This document shows positions 35,098-44,506 of a DNA stretch of 64,000 nucleotides, in pieces; the stretch's first letter is position 1; every line of letters starts with the position of its first letter. The notes beneath the pieces were generated by a model. That model saw only the letters and a list, made by a program, of their open reading frames with translations. It did not search any database and had not been told where the DNA came from. The DNA is from Candidatus Poseidoniaceae archaeon (GTDB taxonomy: Archaea > Thermoplasmatota > Poseidoniia > Poseidoniales > Poseidoniaceae). The stretch lies in contig JBMZIJ010000005.1 of the NCBI GenBank assembly GCA_049616955.1, positions 4,209 through 68,208 of the forward strand. The letters run 5' to 3'. The translations under genes and the position numbers were made by a program.

Positions 35098-35331
35098 ATG
35101 AGTCGAGATTCTGGATCGAGAGAGTTCGTTACAGAGCCACAAGAATTACTTGAAGCACTCCGTAGGGCTCGTGCCCAATCCTATTGGCGCGAATCGAGTT
35201 CAACCTACCGTCAAAGCATCATCACTTGGATTGAGAAAACCAAGCGACGAGGCACCAAATTGAAGCGTATTGAATCGGTAGTTGACCATTGTGTACGTGG
35301 AGAACAGATTCCAAATCATCAGTCCTCTTGA
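35098..35331 (+). CDS. YdeI/OmpD-associated family-like small protein
   Basis: Pattern ...LLEALRRARAQSYWRESSSTYRQSIITWIEKTKRRGTKLKRIESVV resembles the C-terminal YdeI family signature (yi.WI..AK..eTR.kRI). Confidence 0.55.
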   Translation: MSRDSGSREFVTEPQELLEALRRARAQSYWRESSSTYRQSIITWIEKTKRRGTKLKRIESVVDHCVRGEQIPNHQSS

Positions 35332-35390
35332 CAGCATAAGGACACGTATTCTGTACAAAAATGAGCAATGAGGACTTCGATTCATGCAAA

Positions 35391-35990
35391 CTATTTCTTT
35401 TTGCTACGGTAGAGCATCACTGAAGGAATTACGAAAAGAAGTACTGTGATAATGATTCCAGTGGAGTCACTCAAACGGTCTGCAAATGTAACCTCAGTTC
35501 CATTTGAAACATAACTTGCAAGCGCCCAATCGTCGCCATCTGTTGGCTGATGATCGCCATCGACGACATTTCCAGCGATGGTGAAAAGCACTGCTTCTTC
35601 GCTTGTGGGTGCTATCCAGTCAACAATCCAGGATCTTTGGTTTGCCCCACTGTGTTCATGCGTTAGCTCTCCATTTTCAGTAATGTACGTCGAAGCATCT
35701 GTTGGCTCAAGCGTCCCTGCTGATGCCTTCAAATTGAATCCGCCTCGATGACCTTGTGCGGCTTCACTTGGTCCACCATCCAGTACTATGGTCAGCTGGT
35801 ATTTATCGCCGTGATCAAAGGTTTCAGGAATTCCTGTGATGGTGACGGATGTATCAACGCCTGGATTTTGACCATGGCAGGTACAACCTGTTTCAGAATA
35901 TCCGTCCATTCCATGGGAGGATGCATCAACGTGCATTCCTGAAAGCAAAAACAGTGGAAGTGCAATTGCCAGCAATACTCTCTGATTCAT
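35391..35990 (-). CDS. secreted, C-terminally TM-anchored protein with conserved C-x-C-H motif, unknown function
   Basis: Signal peptide MNQRVLLAIALPLFLLSGMHVDASS. GCTCHGQNPG is followed by a beta-rich domain. C-terminal TM IIITVLLFVIPSVMLY, then RSKKK. Confidence 0.6.
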   Translation of the reverse strand: MNQRVLLAIALPLFLLSGMHVDASSHGMDGYSETGCTCHGQNPGVDTSVTITGIPETFDHGDKYQLTIVLDGGPSEAAQGHRGGFNLKASAGTLEPTDASTYITENGELTHEHSGANQRSWIVDWIAPTSEEAVLFTIAGNVVDGDHQPTDGDDWALASYVSNGTEVTFADRLSDSTGIIITVLLFVIPSVMLYRSKKK

Positions 35991-36007
35991 CGCAAGGCCA
36001 CCTTGAA

Positions 36008-36535
36008 TTATTCTTCTTCCATGCCAATGGGTTTTGCTCTGTAAATGCCTACCAATAGAGCGATTTCAGATAATTTTGTTGTAATTCCAAGATAATCTTC
36101 AAGCACGTAATGTAGGTCATGATTTGCAACAAAGTATCCGATGAACATAGCGACCGTAACTCCGCTGAGACCGAGTTGGGTAAACTTCGATTTCTTTTGA
36201 TCCATTGAAACAATGATTGGAAGAAGCAAGAACCCTACTACGCCTATGCCTCCTATGAGTAAAAGGCGATCACTGAGACCGAGAAGAATGTGGACTACTC
36301 CAGTGAAGAGAGCAAGAGCAAAAATAGCAGGACTAAACACGTGCATCTTTGCAACAAAACTTTTCTTAGCCAAGACATATGCAAGAAGTGAAGTCGCTAA
36401 TGCAATCCCAAGGACATGATAATTTGCCAAGCCGGATGAAGCTTCATCACCATGTCCAGATGCTAAAGGCATAAAGGACACGAGTGTAGCGCAAATGAGA
36501 AGGATTTGCATTCGTTGTTGGACTAGCATGGTCAT
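36008..36535 (-). CDS. small polytopic membrane protein, unknown function
   Basis: Signal-like N-terminus ...LLICATLVSFMPLASGHGDE, then four hydrophobic helices. The AT-rich box AAATATTTTATTATTTGA abuts the first ATG (36559), so a leaderless start at 36535 or 36529 is more likely. Confidence 0.6.
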   Translation of the reverse strand: MTMLVQQRMQILLICATLVSFMPLASGHGDEASSGLANYHVLGIALATSLLAYVLAKKSFVAKMHVFSPAIFALALFTGVVHILLGLSDRLLLIGGIGVVGFLLLPIIVSMDQKKSKFTQLGLSGVTVAMFIGYFVANHDLHYVLEDYLGITTKLSEIALLVGIYRAKPIGMEEE

Positions 36536-36609
36536 GCCTCTGTGGACTATTTTATCCATTCAAATAATAAAATATTTGCTCGCTACTAGGCCGCATTGAA
36601 CAGCATGTT

Positions 36610-37380
36610 TCAGTAACGTACCTTTTGTCGTGTGATGGTTCTCCAAATGCGTTGGAGAGGATCATAGTATCGATCGACAACACGTTCTTTCAACTGGATG
36701 ATCGCATCATCAGTGATTTGAATTCCTGCAGGACAGACTTCCGTACAGCATCGTGTAATGTTGCAGTATTCAATACCGAATTCCTTCTTGATTTCAGGAA
36801 TGCGATCTTCCGTATCGAGTGGGTGCATTTCGTATTGTGCAAGACGTACAAGGTTTCGAGGCCCTGCAAAGCCATCAAACATCTCATGATCGCGTAGAAC
36901 GTGACATGTATTGACACAGAGGAAGCATTCAATGCACTCACGGAAGTGTTGCACACGGTCAGCTTCCATTTGGTTGAATTCCCAATCCATGGTTTCTGGA
37001 CCATTGATTGGAGCGATGCGTTGAGCAACATCGTAGTTCCATGAAACATCAGTGACGAGGTCTTTGATGTGTGGAAACGTCTTCATTGGACGAATTTCAA
37101 TTGGCTTACCCTCAGGTGTTTCTGCCACAACATCGCTCATTCGAGTCATACACATCAAGCGTGGACGACCATTGATTTCTGCTGAACAAGAACCACACTT
37201 ACCGGCCTTGCAGTTCCAACGAACGGCCATGTCTGGCTCTTGTTCGTGTTGGATACGATGCATACAATCGAGGACAACCATGCCTTCATCGAGTGTGATT
37301 TCGTATTCTTCGAGATTGGTTTCTCCATCTTCTCCACGAGCGACCTTGAACGTCTGCTTTCTTCCTTTCAATGACATCAC
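36610..37380 (-). CDS. sdhB: succinate dehydrogenase/fumarate reductase iron-sulfur subunit
   Basis: Three Fe-S cysteine clusters: CKAGKCGSCSAEINGRPRLMC, CIECFLCVNTCH and CTEVCPAGI. Start overlaps the sdhA stop by 4 nt. Confidence 0.95.
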   Translation of the reverse strand: MMSLKGRKQTFKVARGEDGETNLEEYEITLDEGMVVLDCMHRIQHEQEPDMAVRWNCKAGKCGSCSAEINGRPRLMCMTRMSDVVAETPEGKPIEIRPMKTFPHIKDLVTDVSWNYDVAQRIAPINGPETMDWEFNQMEADRVQHFRECIECFLCVNTCHVLRDHEMFDGFAGPRNLVRLAQYEMHPLDTEDRIPEIKKEFGIEYCNITRCCTEVCPAGIQITDDAIIQLKERVVDRYYDPLQRIWRTITRQKVRY

Positions 37381-39239
37381 TTGCCACCTCCTTGCTCTTT
37401 GGCACGCTCAGCAATCATGGCTTTGACTTCCTTAATTGCATCTTGGAGATCGTCTCGCATCTCTTCGACAGATTCCTGTCGAATCTTGATTTCGCCTTCT
37501 TCCATCCAGATGATGTTGAGTGTCTTGCCCCAGTATTCATCCTCAGGTGTTGGCATATCTTCACGAGTGTGGCCTCCACGACTTTCCTCTCGAGTGAGAG
37601 CTGCAAGTGCACAAGCATGGGAAACGTCAGCCATGTTGATGAGATCGAGGGCTTGGTGCCAACCCGAATTGTAGCGTCGGCTTGTACCAGGGAAGGATGC
37701 CATAGCACGTTCTTTGAACGCTGTAAGGTCATCCAATGCTTCTTCCAACTCGTTCTTGGTACGAATAATTCCAACCTTGTGTTGCATCATCTCACGCATT
37801 TCATCGTAAATCTTTCCAGGATTTTCTCCACCTTCTCGAGCAAGAGGTGCGATCATCTCCTCAATCGCCTTCATGACTTGGTCGTTATCGATGCTTGGTT
37901 GTGCAAGATCGGTGGCTCGCTTGGCAGCAAATTCACCAGCACGCTTTCCGAACGTAATCAAATCGGACAGTGAGTTTCCACCGAGTCGGTTCGCTCCGTG
38001 GAGTCCGGATGCAGCCTCACCACATGCGTAAAGACCAGGAACGGTTGTTTCTTGAGATTCAGCATCGACACGAATACCACCCATGATGTAGTGAGCAGTT
38101 GGACCAACTTCCATTGCATCCTTGGTGATATCAACACCAGCCAATTCCATGAATTGGTGATACATTGACGGGAGTTTCTTCTTGATGGCTTCCTCACCAC
38201 GATGTGAGATATCGAGGAACGCTCCACCGTGAGGCGATCCTCGTCCAGCTTCAACCTCAGCCTTGATGGCCTTGGCAACAACGTCACGGGTCAGCAATTC
38301 AGGGGGTCGTCGAACAGTTGCAAGTTTCCCGCTGACAACTTCCTCGACCCATTGGTCGGCTTCTTCAATCGTTTCCGCATGATCGCCCTGGAACATTTCT
38401 GGAACATAGTTGAACATGAATCGGTCTCCATCGCTGTTGGTCAATCGACCACCTTCTCCACGTACGCCTTCTGTGACGAGAATACCACGAACGGAAGGAG
38501 GCCAGACCATTCCAGTCGGATGGAATTGGACAAACTCCATGTCCCGAAGTTCAGCACCTGCCCAAAGAGCCAATGCGTGCCCATCTCCAGTGTATTCCCA
38601 TGATCCTGAACAAACGCTCCAGCATCGAGTGCTACCGCCTGTTGCCAGAACAACGGACTTTGCAGAGAAAGCGTGGAAGTCGCCATCGACACGGGTGTAA
38701 GCGACACAACCAGTGACGCGGTCACCTTCTTTCAAGAGGTGACGAACGGTGTACTCCATGAAGATGTCAATGCCTTCGTGGATGCCTCGCTCTTGGAGCG
38801 TACGAATGATTTCGAGTCCAGTAGCGTCACCGACGTGTGCAAGACGTGGGAAGGTGTGGCCACCAAAGTTGCGTTGATTGATCAAGAGTTTTGGCGTCCG
38901 GTCAAACACTGCACCCCATTGTTCGAGTTCTCGAACTCGGTCAGGGGCTTCCTTTGCATGGAATTCAGCCATGCGCCAGTCAGCAAGCCACTTGCTTCCT
39001 TTCATGGTATCGTGGAAGTGAACCTTCCAACTGTCACGAGGATCGGCATTCTGAAGAGCTGCAGCACAGCCACCTTCGGCCATGACCGTGTGTGCCTTTC
39101 CAAGGAGCGACTTGGTAATGATAGCGGTCTTGGCGCCACTTCGAGCAGCTTCGATAGCAGCACGGAGACCAGCACCACCAGCACCGATGACAACGACATC
39201 GTATTCGTGTTTGGTATATGTTTCACTCATCTTGTTCAC
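37377..39239 (-). CDS. sdhA: succinate dehydrogenase/fumarate reductase flavoprotein subunit
   Basis: FAD fold YDVVVIGAGGAGLRAAIEA. SLLGKAHTVMAEGG (covalent FAD His region), FVQFHPTG, and GLYACGEAA...HGANRLGGNSL. Confidence 0.95.
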   Translation of the reverse strand: MNKMSETYTKHEYDVVVIGAGGAGLRAAIEAARSGAKTAIITKSLLGKAHTVMAEGGCAAALQNADPRDSWKVHFHDTMKGSKWLADWRMAEFHAKEAPDRVRELEQWGAVFDRTPKLLINQRNFGGHTFPRLAHVGDATGLEIIRTLQERGIHEGIDIFMEYTVRHLLKEGDRVTGCVAYTRVDGDFHAFSAKSVVLATGGSTRCWSVCSGSWEYTGDGHALALWAGAELRDMEFVQFHPTGMVWPPSVRGILVTEGVRGEGGRLTNSDGDRFMFNYVPEMFQGDHAETIEEADQWVEEVVSGKLATVRRPPELLTRDVVAKAIKAEVEAGRGSPHGGAFLDISHRGEEAIKKKLPSMYHQFMELAGVDITKDAMEVGPTAHYIMGGIRVDAESQETTVPGLYACGEAASGLHGANRLGGNSLSDLITFGKRAGEFAAKRATDLAQPSIDNDQVMKAIEEMIAPLAREGGENPGKIYDEMREMMQHKVGIIRTKNELEEALDDLTAFKERAMASFPGTSRRYNSGWHQALDLINMADVSHACALAALTREESRGGHTREDMPTPEDEYWGKTLNIIWMEEGEIKIRQESVEEMRDDLQDAIKEVKAMIAERAKEQGGGK

Positions 39240-40045
39240 CCCACCAAAACAAAGGCCATGTCACTGATGTGCCCTTCTGCAACGGCGATGGTCCAAAGGT
39301 CGCCAAGGAAGACAAAGCCAAGGCTTGTCCAGAACCAGAATCCGTGTGAGCGATTGAACACACTGATTCGCTTGAAGAGACGACCACGGAAAGCAGAGAT
39401 TCCACTGACCCACCGGTCGAGGCTACCGCCAGCAAGGTGGCGAAGAGCGTGACAGGACGTCACATACATGGTGAGGAGGAATGCTTCAGTCGCCATGATG
39501 AAGGTACCAAACGAGAAGCCCCAGCCTGTATCAAAGTGCAAGGTGTGGGTTACATCCCACCACTTGATGACGATGATGATCATGGCCGCATAGAGGAAGT
39601 AGCGGTGAAGATTGTTGAAGATGAACAAGCGCTTTTCGCCACCGTAACCAATCTTCTTGTTGATGTCTGGCTCATCGACCCAGCAACCTGTCGGTGATTG
39701 GAAGAACGTCCGATAATAGACACGACGCATGTAGTAGCACGTTCCTCGGAATCCGAACGGAATCCAAAGCACTAGGATGGCTGCATTGACCCAACTTGGA
39801 TGATCCCATTCATTGAGTCCAAACAAACTCCACTCGAGGATGTTTGGAGAGAAAATTGGAGAGACGACCGTCGAACCTTCGAGTTGGTAGGAAATGCTTT
39901 CTGGGAACAAAATCAATCGCCATGCAGTGTAGATGAGCGCAGCGGTGAGAGCAAGCCCCATCCAGAAGGGTTGTGCCCACCAATTGTCGATTCGATCGGT
40001 ACGTCCCAGCCCGTTAATCACGGGGAGTTTGATGCCTTCTCCCAT
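39236..40045 (-). CDS. sdhC: succinate dehydrogenase membrane anchor, single five-helix cytochrome b-like subunit
   Basis: 269-aa protein with about 5 TM helices carrying His residues (HRYFLY, HTLHF, HALRHL, SHGFWFW). Its stop overlaps the sdhA start (ATGA). The call rests on position and topology, not on a recognised motif. Confidence 0.6.
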   Translation of the reverse strand: MGEGIKLPVINGLGRTDRIDNWWAQPFWMGLALTAALIYTAWRLILFPESISYQLEGSTVVSPIFSPNILEWSLFGLNEWDHPSWVNAAILVLWIPFGFRGTCYYMRRVYYRTFFQSPTGCWVDEPDINKKIGYGGEKRLFIFNNLHRYFLYAAMIIIVIKWWDVTHTLHFDTGWGFSFGTFIMATEAFLLTMYVTSCHALRHLAGGSLDRWVSGISAFRGRLFKRISVFNRSHGFWFWTSLGFVFLGDLWTIAVAEGHISDMAFVLVG

Positions 40046-40133
40046 AGGTTCACATCCGCCCCTACAGGGGGCTTATCCTAACCCAACAACTAGGGGTCTT
40101 TGAGGTTGGCCCTTCGACCCCTTGCAGCGTTTG

Positions 40134-40151
40134 AAAGAAAACAAAACGCGA
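40134..40151 (-). terminator. oligo-T tract (CGCGTTTTGTTTTCTTTC on minus strand) just downstream of the aldehyde dehydrogenase stop
   Basis: Archaeal-type T-rich termination signal 10-27 nt after the stop at 40161-40163. Confidence 0.45.
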
Positions 40152-40160
40152 TTTGAACGA

Positions 40161-41816
40161 TTAGACCAATTCGTCCCATCGAACTTCTGCTTCAACCATC
40201 TCGATTTCTTCAACATCCATCTGGGCGAGTTGGAGTTTTCCGGAGAGTTCATCGTTGACAGCATGCCAATAGGAATAGGCTTCAATGACCCAGATTCCAG
40301 ATTCTCGTGTTCCATTGCCACTTCCCTTAACGCCGCCGAACGGAAGATGCGCTTCCGCACCGGTTGTGGAGTTGTTGATTCCAGTCATTCCAGCCTTGAT
40401 CCCGGTTTTGAAGCGATACGCTTCGAGTCGATCGTTGGTGTAGATGGCTGAAGACAATCCATACGGGCTTGCATTCGCCAAGTGAAGAGCGTGATCGAAA
40501 TCATCAGCCTTGACCAAGGTGATTGCAGGGCCGAACATTTCCTCATGGAAGCAACGCATGTCTTCGGTAACGCCAGCATAAACGTGTGGCCACATGAAGA
40601 CACCATCTTCCGCAGTACCAACGAAACCAGACGGCTTGTTGTCGGATGTGATTCGACCTTCACCGTAGAGTTTGGTCGCTCCATCTTGTTCACAGATCTG
40701 AATGACTTCAAGGAAATCCTTTGCGTATTTTTCTGAGAGCATCGAACCGTACAGAACACCTTCATGCTCCAAGGAATCTCCGATACGTGTTGAATGAACC
40801 TTGTCCATCAATTTCGCAACGAATTCATCGTAGATGTCCTTGTGGATAATGAGGTTTCCAAGCGATGTGCAACGTTGTCCAGCGGTTCCGAAACCAGCCC
40901 AATAGGCTCCTTCAACTGCGTTTTCGATGTTTGCTGATGGCATGATGACCAGTGGATTCTTTCCACCAAGTTCAAGTGAGCAGGAGACGAGGTTTCGTCC
41001 ACAAACTTCTCCAATCATCTTTCCAACAGCGGTCGAACCAGTGAATGAAATCTTGTTGACGCGTCCTTCATCAACGGCGTTGATGAGGTGTTGACCGGCA
41101 CCACTTCCCTTTCCATGAACGAGGTTGATGACGCCATCAGGCAAACCAGCCTGGTGCATGATTCGAGCAAGCGCAAAAGAAAGCAGAGGGGAGTCTTGAG
41201 GCGACTTCCAAACGCACGTGTTTCCGCACATGATGGCTGGAATCATCTTCCAAAATGGAACAGCAGATGGGAAGTTGCAAGCGTTGATGATTCCACAAAC
41301 ACCGAGAGGTCGTCGGTACGTAAACAACTCCTTGTCAGGCAGTTCAGAATTGACGGTTTGACCATACAATCGTCGGCCTTCGGATTGGAAAAAGAGACAT
41401 GTATCAATCGCTTCTTGGATTTCTCCTCCACATTCTTTCAGCGTCTTACCAATTTCTCGAGCTTGCAAACGGACGAGATCGTCCTTGTGCTCCATCAACA
41501 AACGACCCATGTTGCCAATGATTTGGCCACGGGTTGGTGCCGGTGTTGCCGACCATGCAGGGAACGCAGCGTGAGCCGCATCCAATGCCGCATCAACATC
41601 TGCTTTTGTCGAAAGAGGAAATGCTCCAAGAACATCGCTCAAGTTTGCAGGATTCTTTGATTCAAACGTTGCACCATCGCTGGATTCAGCCAATTGGCCG
41701 TTGATGATATTGAATCCCTTTACGCTTGGGCGATTTTTTGGATTGCTGGCTTCAAGGAAGGTTAAACCTGCTTCGAGAACATGGGTCATAGTGCAATCGA
41801 GTTGAACTCCCTCCAT
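40161..41816 (-). CDS. NAD(P)-dependent aldehyde dehydrogenase family protein
   Basis: ALDH motifs FTGSTAVGKMIGE, LELGGKNP, GQRCTS (catalytic Cys) and EMFGPA. About 35 extra acidic C-terminal residues. Confidence 0.9.
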   Translation of the reverse strand: MEGVQLDCTMTHVLEAGLTFLEASNPKNRPSVKGFNIINGQLAESSDGATFESKNPANLSDVLGAFPLSTKADVDAALDAAHAAFPAWSATPAPTRGQIIGNMGRLLMEHKDDLVRLQAREIGKTLKECGGEIQEAIDTCLFFQSEGRRLYGQTVNSELPDKELFTYRRPLGVCGIINACNFPSAVPFWKMIPAIMCGNTCVWKSPQDSPLLSFALARIMHQAGLPDGVINLVHGKGSGAGQHLINAVDEGRVNKISFTGSTAVGKMIGEVCGRNLVSCSLELGGKNPLVIMPSANIENAVEGAYWAGFGTAGQRCTSLGNLIIHKDIYDEFVAKLMDKVHSTRIGDSLEHEGVLYGSMLSEKYAKDFLEVIQICEQDGATKLYGEGRITSDNKPSGFVGTAEDGVFMWPHVYAGVTEDMRCFHEEMFGPAITLVKADDFDHALHLANASPYGLSSAIYTNDRLEAYRFKTGIKAGMTGINNSTTGAEAHLPFGGVKGSGNGTRESGIWVIEAYSYWHAVNDELSGKLQLAQMDVEEIEMVEAEVRWDELV

Positions 41817-41898
41817 GAAGGCTACGATTCAATCGCAAGGAATTTCGACGGGATTTTCGTAACTCATGGTTTTAGTACTCTCGGGACTTGGAAGAGGT

Positions 41899-44124
41899 AT
41901 GTCCGGCGAAGATAATGAAGTATCCTTACGTGTAGCAAAAGCCATCCCTTCCGACGTAGGTCATGGTCGAGCCCGAATTTCTGGTGAACATGGCCTTGAC
42001 CTCAAACCAGGCGATATCGTCGAAATTAAGGGTGAGAAGCGTTCTACAGCGGCCATTTACTGGCGCAGCCGTCCTGAAGATTCCAAAATGGACATCGTTC
42101 GCATCGATGGTATCATTCGAAAGAACGCTGGTGTCAGTCTGGGTGATCGAGTTACCATTTCCAAGGCTGAGGCAAAAGAATGCACCAAGCTAACGCTTTC
42201 CCCAGTTATGGCCAACAAGCAGAAGGTCAAGTTCGGGCCAGGAATTGAAGGCTTTGCCCGACGTGGCCTTTCCAAGCGGCCTGTCATGGCCGGCGATCGA
42301 ATCTTCATTCCAGGAATGACATTGTTTGCTGAGGCACTACCATTTGCAGTTGTCCAAACCACGCCAAAAGGGATCGTCAAGGTCACAAGCGATACGGACA
42401 TCATCATCAAGGACGAAGCCATTGACGACGAAGATGTTGGTCAATCCGAAGGAATCACGTACGAGGATGTCGGAGGCATCGGCCAGCAATTGCAGAAAGT
42501 TCGAGAGATGATTGAGTTGCCACTCAAGCATCCAGAATTGTTCCGACGCCTCGGCATCGACCCTCCAAAAGGGGTTCTTCTACACGGGCCGCCAGGTACT
42601 GGGAAAACCATGATCGCAAAGGCAGTTGCCACCGAGGTCAACGCACATTTCAAGGCCATCAACGGCCCTGAAATTATCTCCAAGTACTACGGAGAGTCAG
42701 AAAAACAACTGCGTGAAATTTTCGACGAAGCAAGTGAAAAGGCACCTGCCATTATTTTCATTGACGAAATTGATTCCATTTGTCCAAAGCGTGAAGATGT
42801 CAGCGGCGAAGTTGAGCGCCGTGTTGTTGCTCAGATGTTGACACTTCTCGATGGTATGCAAGGAAGGGACAACGTTGTCGTTATCGGTGCAACCAACCGA
42901 CGTGACGCCCTCGACCCAGCACTCCGTCGTGGTGGACGGTTTGACCGAGAAATCGAGATCGGCGTTCCTGACCGTGAAGGACGAAAGGAAATCATGGAAG
43001 TTCACACCCGTCAAATGCCGATTGCAGATGACTTTGAGGTCAATTGGGTTCTTGACAACACCTACGGGTTCGTCGGTGCTGACCTTGCTGCACTCGTCCG
43101 AGAAGCAGCCATGAAGGCTCTTCGCCGATACTTGCCTGAAATTGACCTTGACGAGGAAACAATCCCTCCAGAGGTCTTGGAAAAGATGGAAGTGAGGATG
43201 GATGATTTCCGAGATGCAATCAAGGACATCGAGCCATCTGCTCTACGAGAAATCTATGTCGAAGTCCCAGAAATCGCTTGGGATGAAGTCGGCGGACTTG
43301 ACGAGGTCAAAGATCGTCTCAAAGAATCCGTTGAATGGCCACTCACCAAGCCTGAAATTTTCGAGCATTTCAACATCAAACCACCACGAGGTATCGTCCT
43401 GTTTGGGGCGCCTGGTACTGGAAAGACCTTGCTTGCAAAGGCGATTGCTAACGAAGCTCAAGCCAACTTCATTTCAATAAAGGGTCCTGAGATGATTTCC
43501 AAGTGGGTAGGCGAATCTGAGCGTGGTATACGTGAAATTTTCAAGAAGGCAAAGCAATCGTCTCCTTCAATCATTTTCCTCGACGAGTTCGAGTCCATCG
43601 CAAGCATGCGAAACGCATCAAACGGAGAAGGAAGTGACGTAGGAAATCGAGTTGTGAACCAACTTCTCGCAAGCATGGATGGTGTTGAATCGCTTGACGG
43701 TGTCATCGTTGTTGCTGCTACGAACCGTCCAGAAATGATTGACCCTGCACTGTTGCGAAGCGGTCGATTTGAGCGTGTTCTCCACGTACCTCCACCAGAT
43801 GCACCTGCCCGTGAAGCAATTTTCGAAATCCATTCAAGTGGTATGCCTCTCTCCAAGTTCTCTGTCAAGGATCTCCTCTCAAGCCTCGACGGATTCACCG
43901 GTGCCGATATTGAAGCAGTGTGCCGAGAAGCCGCTCTTATCGCTATGCGTGAAGACAAGAAGAAGGTCGCAAAGAAGCACTTCGACGAGGCCATTACACG
44001 CGTCCGACCGACGGTAACGCCTGAGATGCTCGAGTACTATCAGAAGATGGAAACACGATTGACATCAGGTCTGTCGAACATCAAGCGAACTCGCGATTAT
44101 GGTTTCGGCATGGAAACGATGTGA
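41899..44124 (+). CDS. cdc48: Cdc48/VAT-type AAA+ ATPase (two AAA domains)
   Basis: N-domain collinear with Thermoplasma VAT (LRVAKA...GDIVEIKG...IVRIDG). Two Walker A boxes GPPGTGKT and GAPGTGKT, with DEID/DEFE Walker B. Alternative ATG at 41866. Confidence 0.95.
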   Translation: MSGEDNEVSLRVAKAIPSDVGHGRARISGEHGLDLKPGDIVEIKGEKRSTAAIYWRSRPEDSKMDIVRIDGIIRKNAGVSLGDRVTISKAEAKECTKLTLSPVMANKQKVKFGPGIEGFARRGLSKRPVMAGDRIFIPGMTLFAEALPFAVVQTTPKGIVKVTSDTDIIIKDEAIDDEDVGQSEGITYEDVGGIGQQLQKVREMIELPLKHPELFRRLGIDPPKGVLLHGPPGTGKTMIAKAVATEVNAHFKAINGPEIISKYYGESEKQLREIFDEASEKAPAIIFIDEIDSICPKREDVSGEVERRVVAQMLTLLDGMQGRDNVVVIGATNRRDALDPALRRGGRFDREIEIGVPDREGRKEIMEVHTRQMPIADDFEVNWVLDNTYGFVGADLAALVREAAMKALRRYLPEIDLDEETIPPEVLEKMEVRMDDFRDAIKDIEPSALREIYVEVPEIAWDEVGGLDEVKDRLKESVEWPLTKPEIFEHFNIKPPRGIVLFGAPGTGKTLLAKAIANEAQANFISIKGPEMISKWVGESERGIREIFKKAKQSSPSIIFLDEFESIASMRNASNGEGSDVGNRVVNQLLASMDGVESLDGVIVVAATNRPEMIDPALLRSGRFERVLHVPPPDAPAREAIFEIHSSGMPLSKFSVKDLLSSLDGFTGADIEAVCREAALIAMREDKKKVAKKHFDEAITRVRPTVTPEMLEYYQKMETRLTSGLSNIKRTRDYGFGMETM

Positions 44125-44177
44125 GCACGGAAACGGTCAAGTCCTTTCTGTGTTCACGGAGTGGTGAGGCGAATCGA

Positions 44178-44420
44178 ATGGCATCCAGTTTTGGACAGGA
44201 AATGCTTGGTCGTCTTGTTCAAGACAAGAAGGGAAAAGAACTCGGAAAGCTTACTGATTTGGTGATCGATGTATCGAATGGTGAAATCTCAGAACTTCTG
44301 ATTCGTTGTGCCGACAACATCGATGCCAGCCGCCTCCCATTTCCGTTGAAAGACGGTGCAGTCGCCATACCATCAACAGAAGTCGCTACATTTGGACACG
44401 TGATTCTGCTCAAAATCTGA
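44178..44420 (+). CDS. small PRC-barrel domain protein (CdpB-like)
   Basis: GRLVQDKKGKELGKLTDLVIDVSNGEISELLI fits the PRC-barrel pattern. GGTGAGG box upstream of the ATG at 44178. Size (80 aa) matches the stand-alone archaeal PRC-barrel proteins. Confidence 0.7.
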   Translation: MASSFGQEMLGRLVQDKKGKELGKLTDLVIDVSNGEISELLIRCADNIDASRLPFPLKDGAVAIPSTEVATFGHVILLKI

Positions 44421-44506
44421 TGAGCATTATTGCAACAGGGTTGGACAACCTTCTAAACCGAAGTGAAACCGTGTCTGTATGAACGGTGTACTAGGTAGGT
44501 GAGAGA

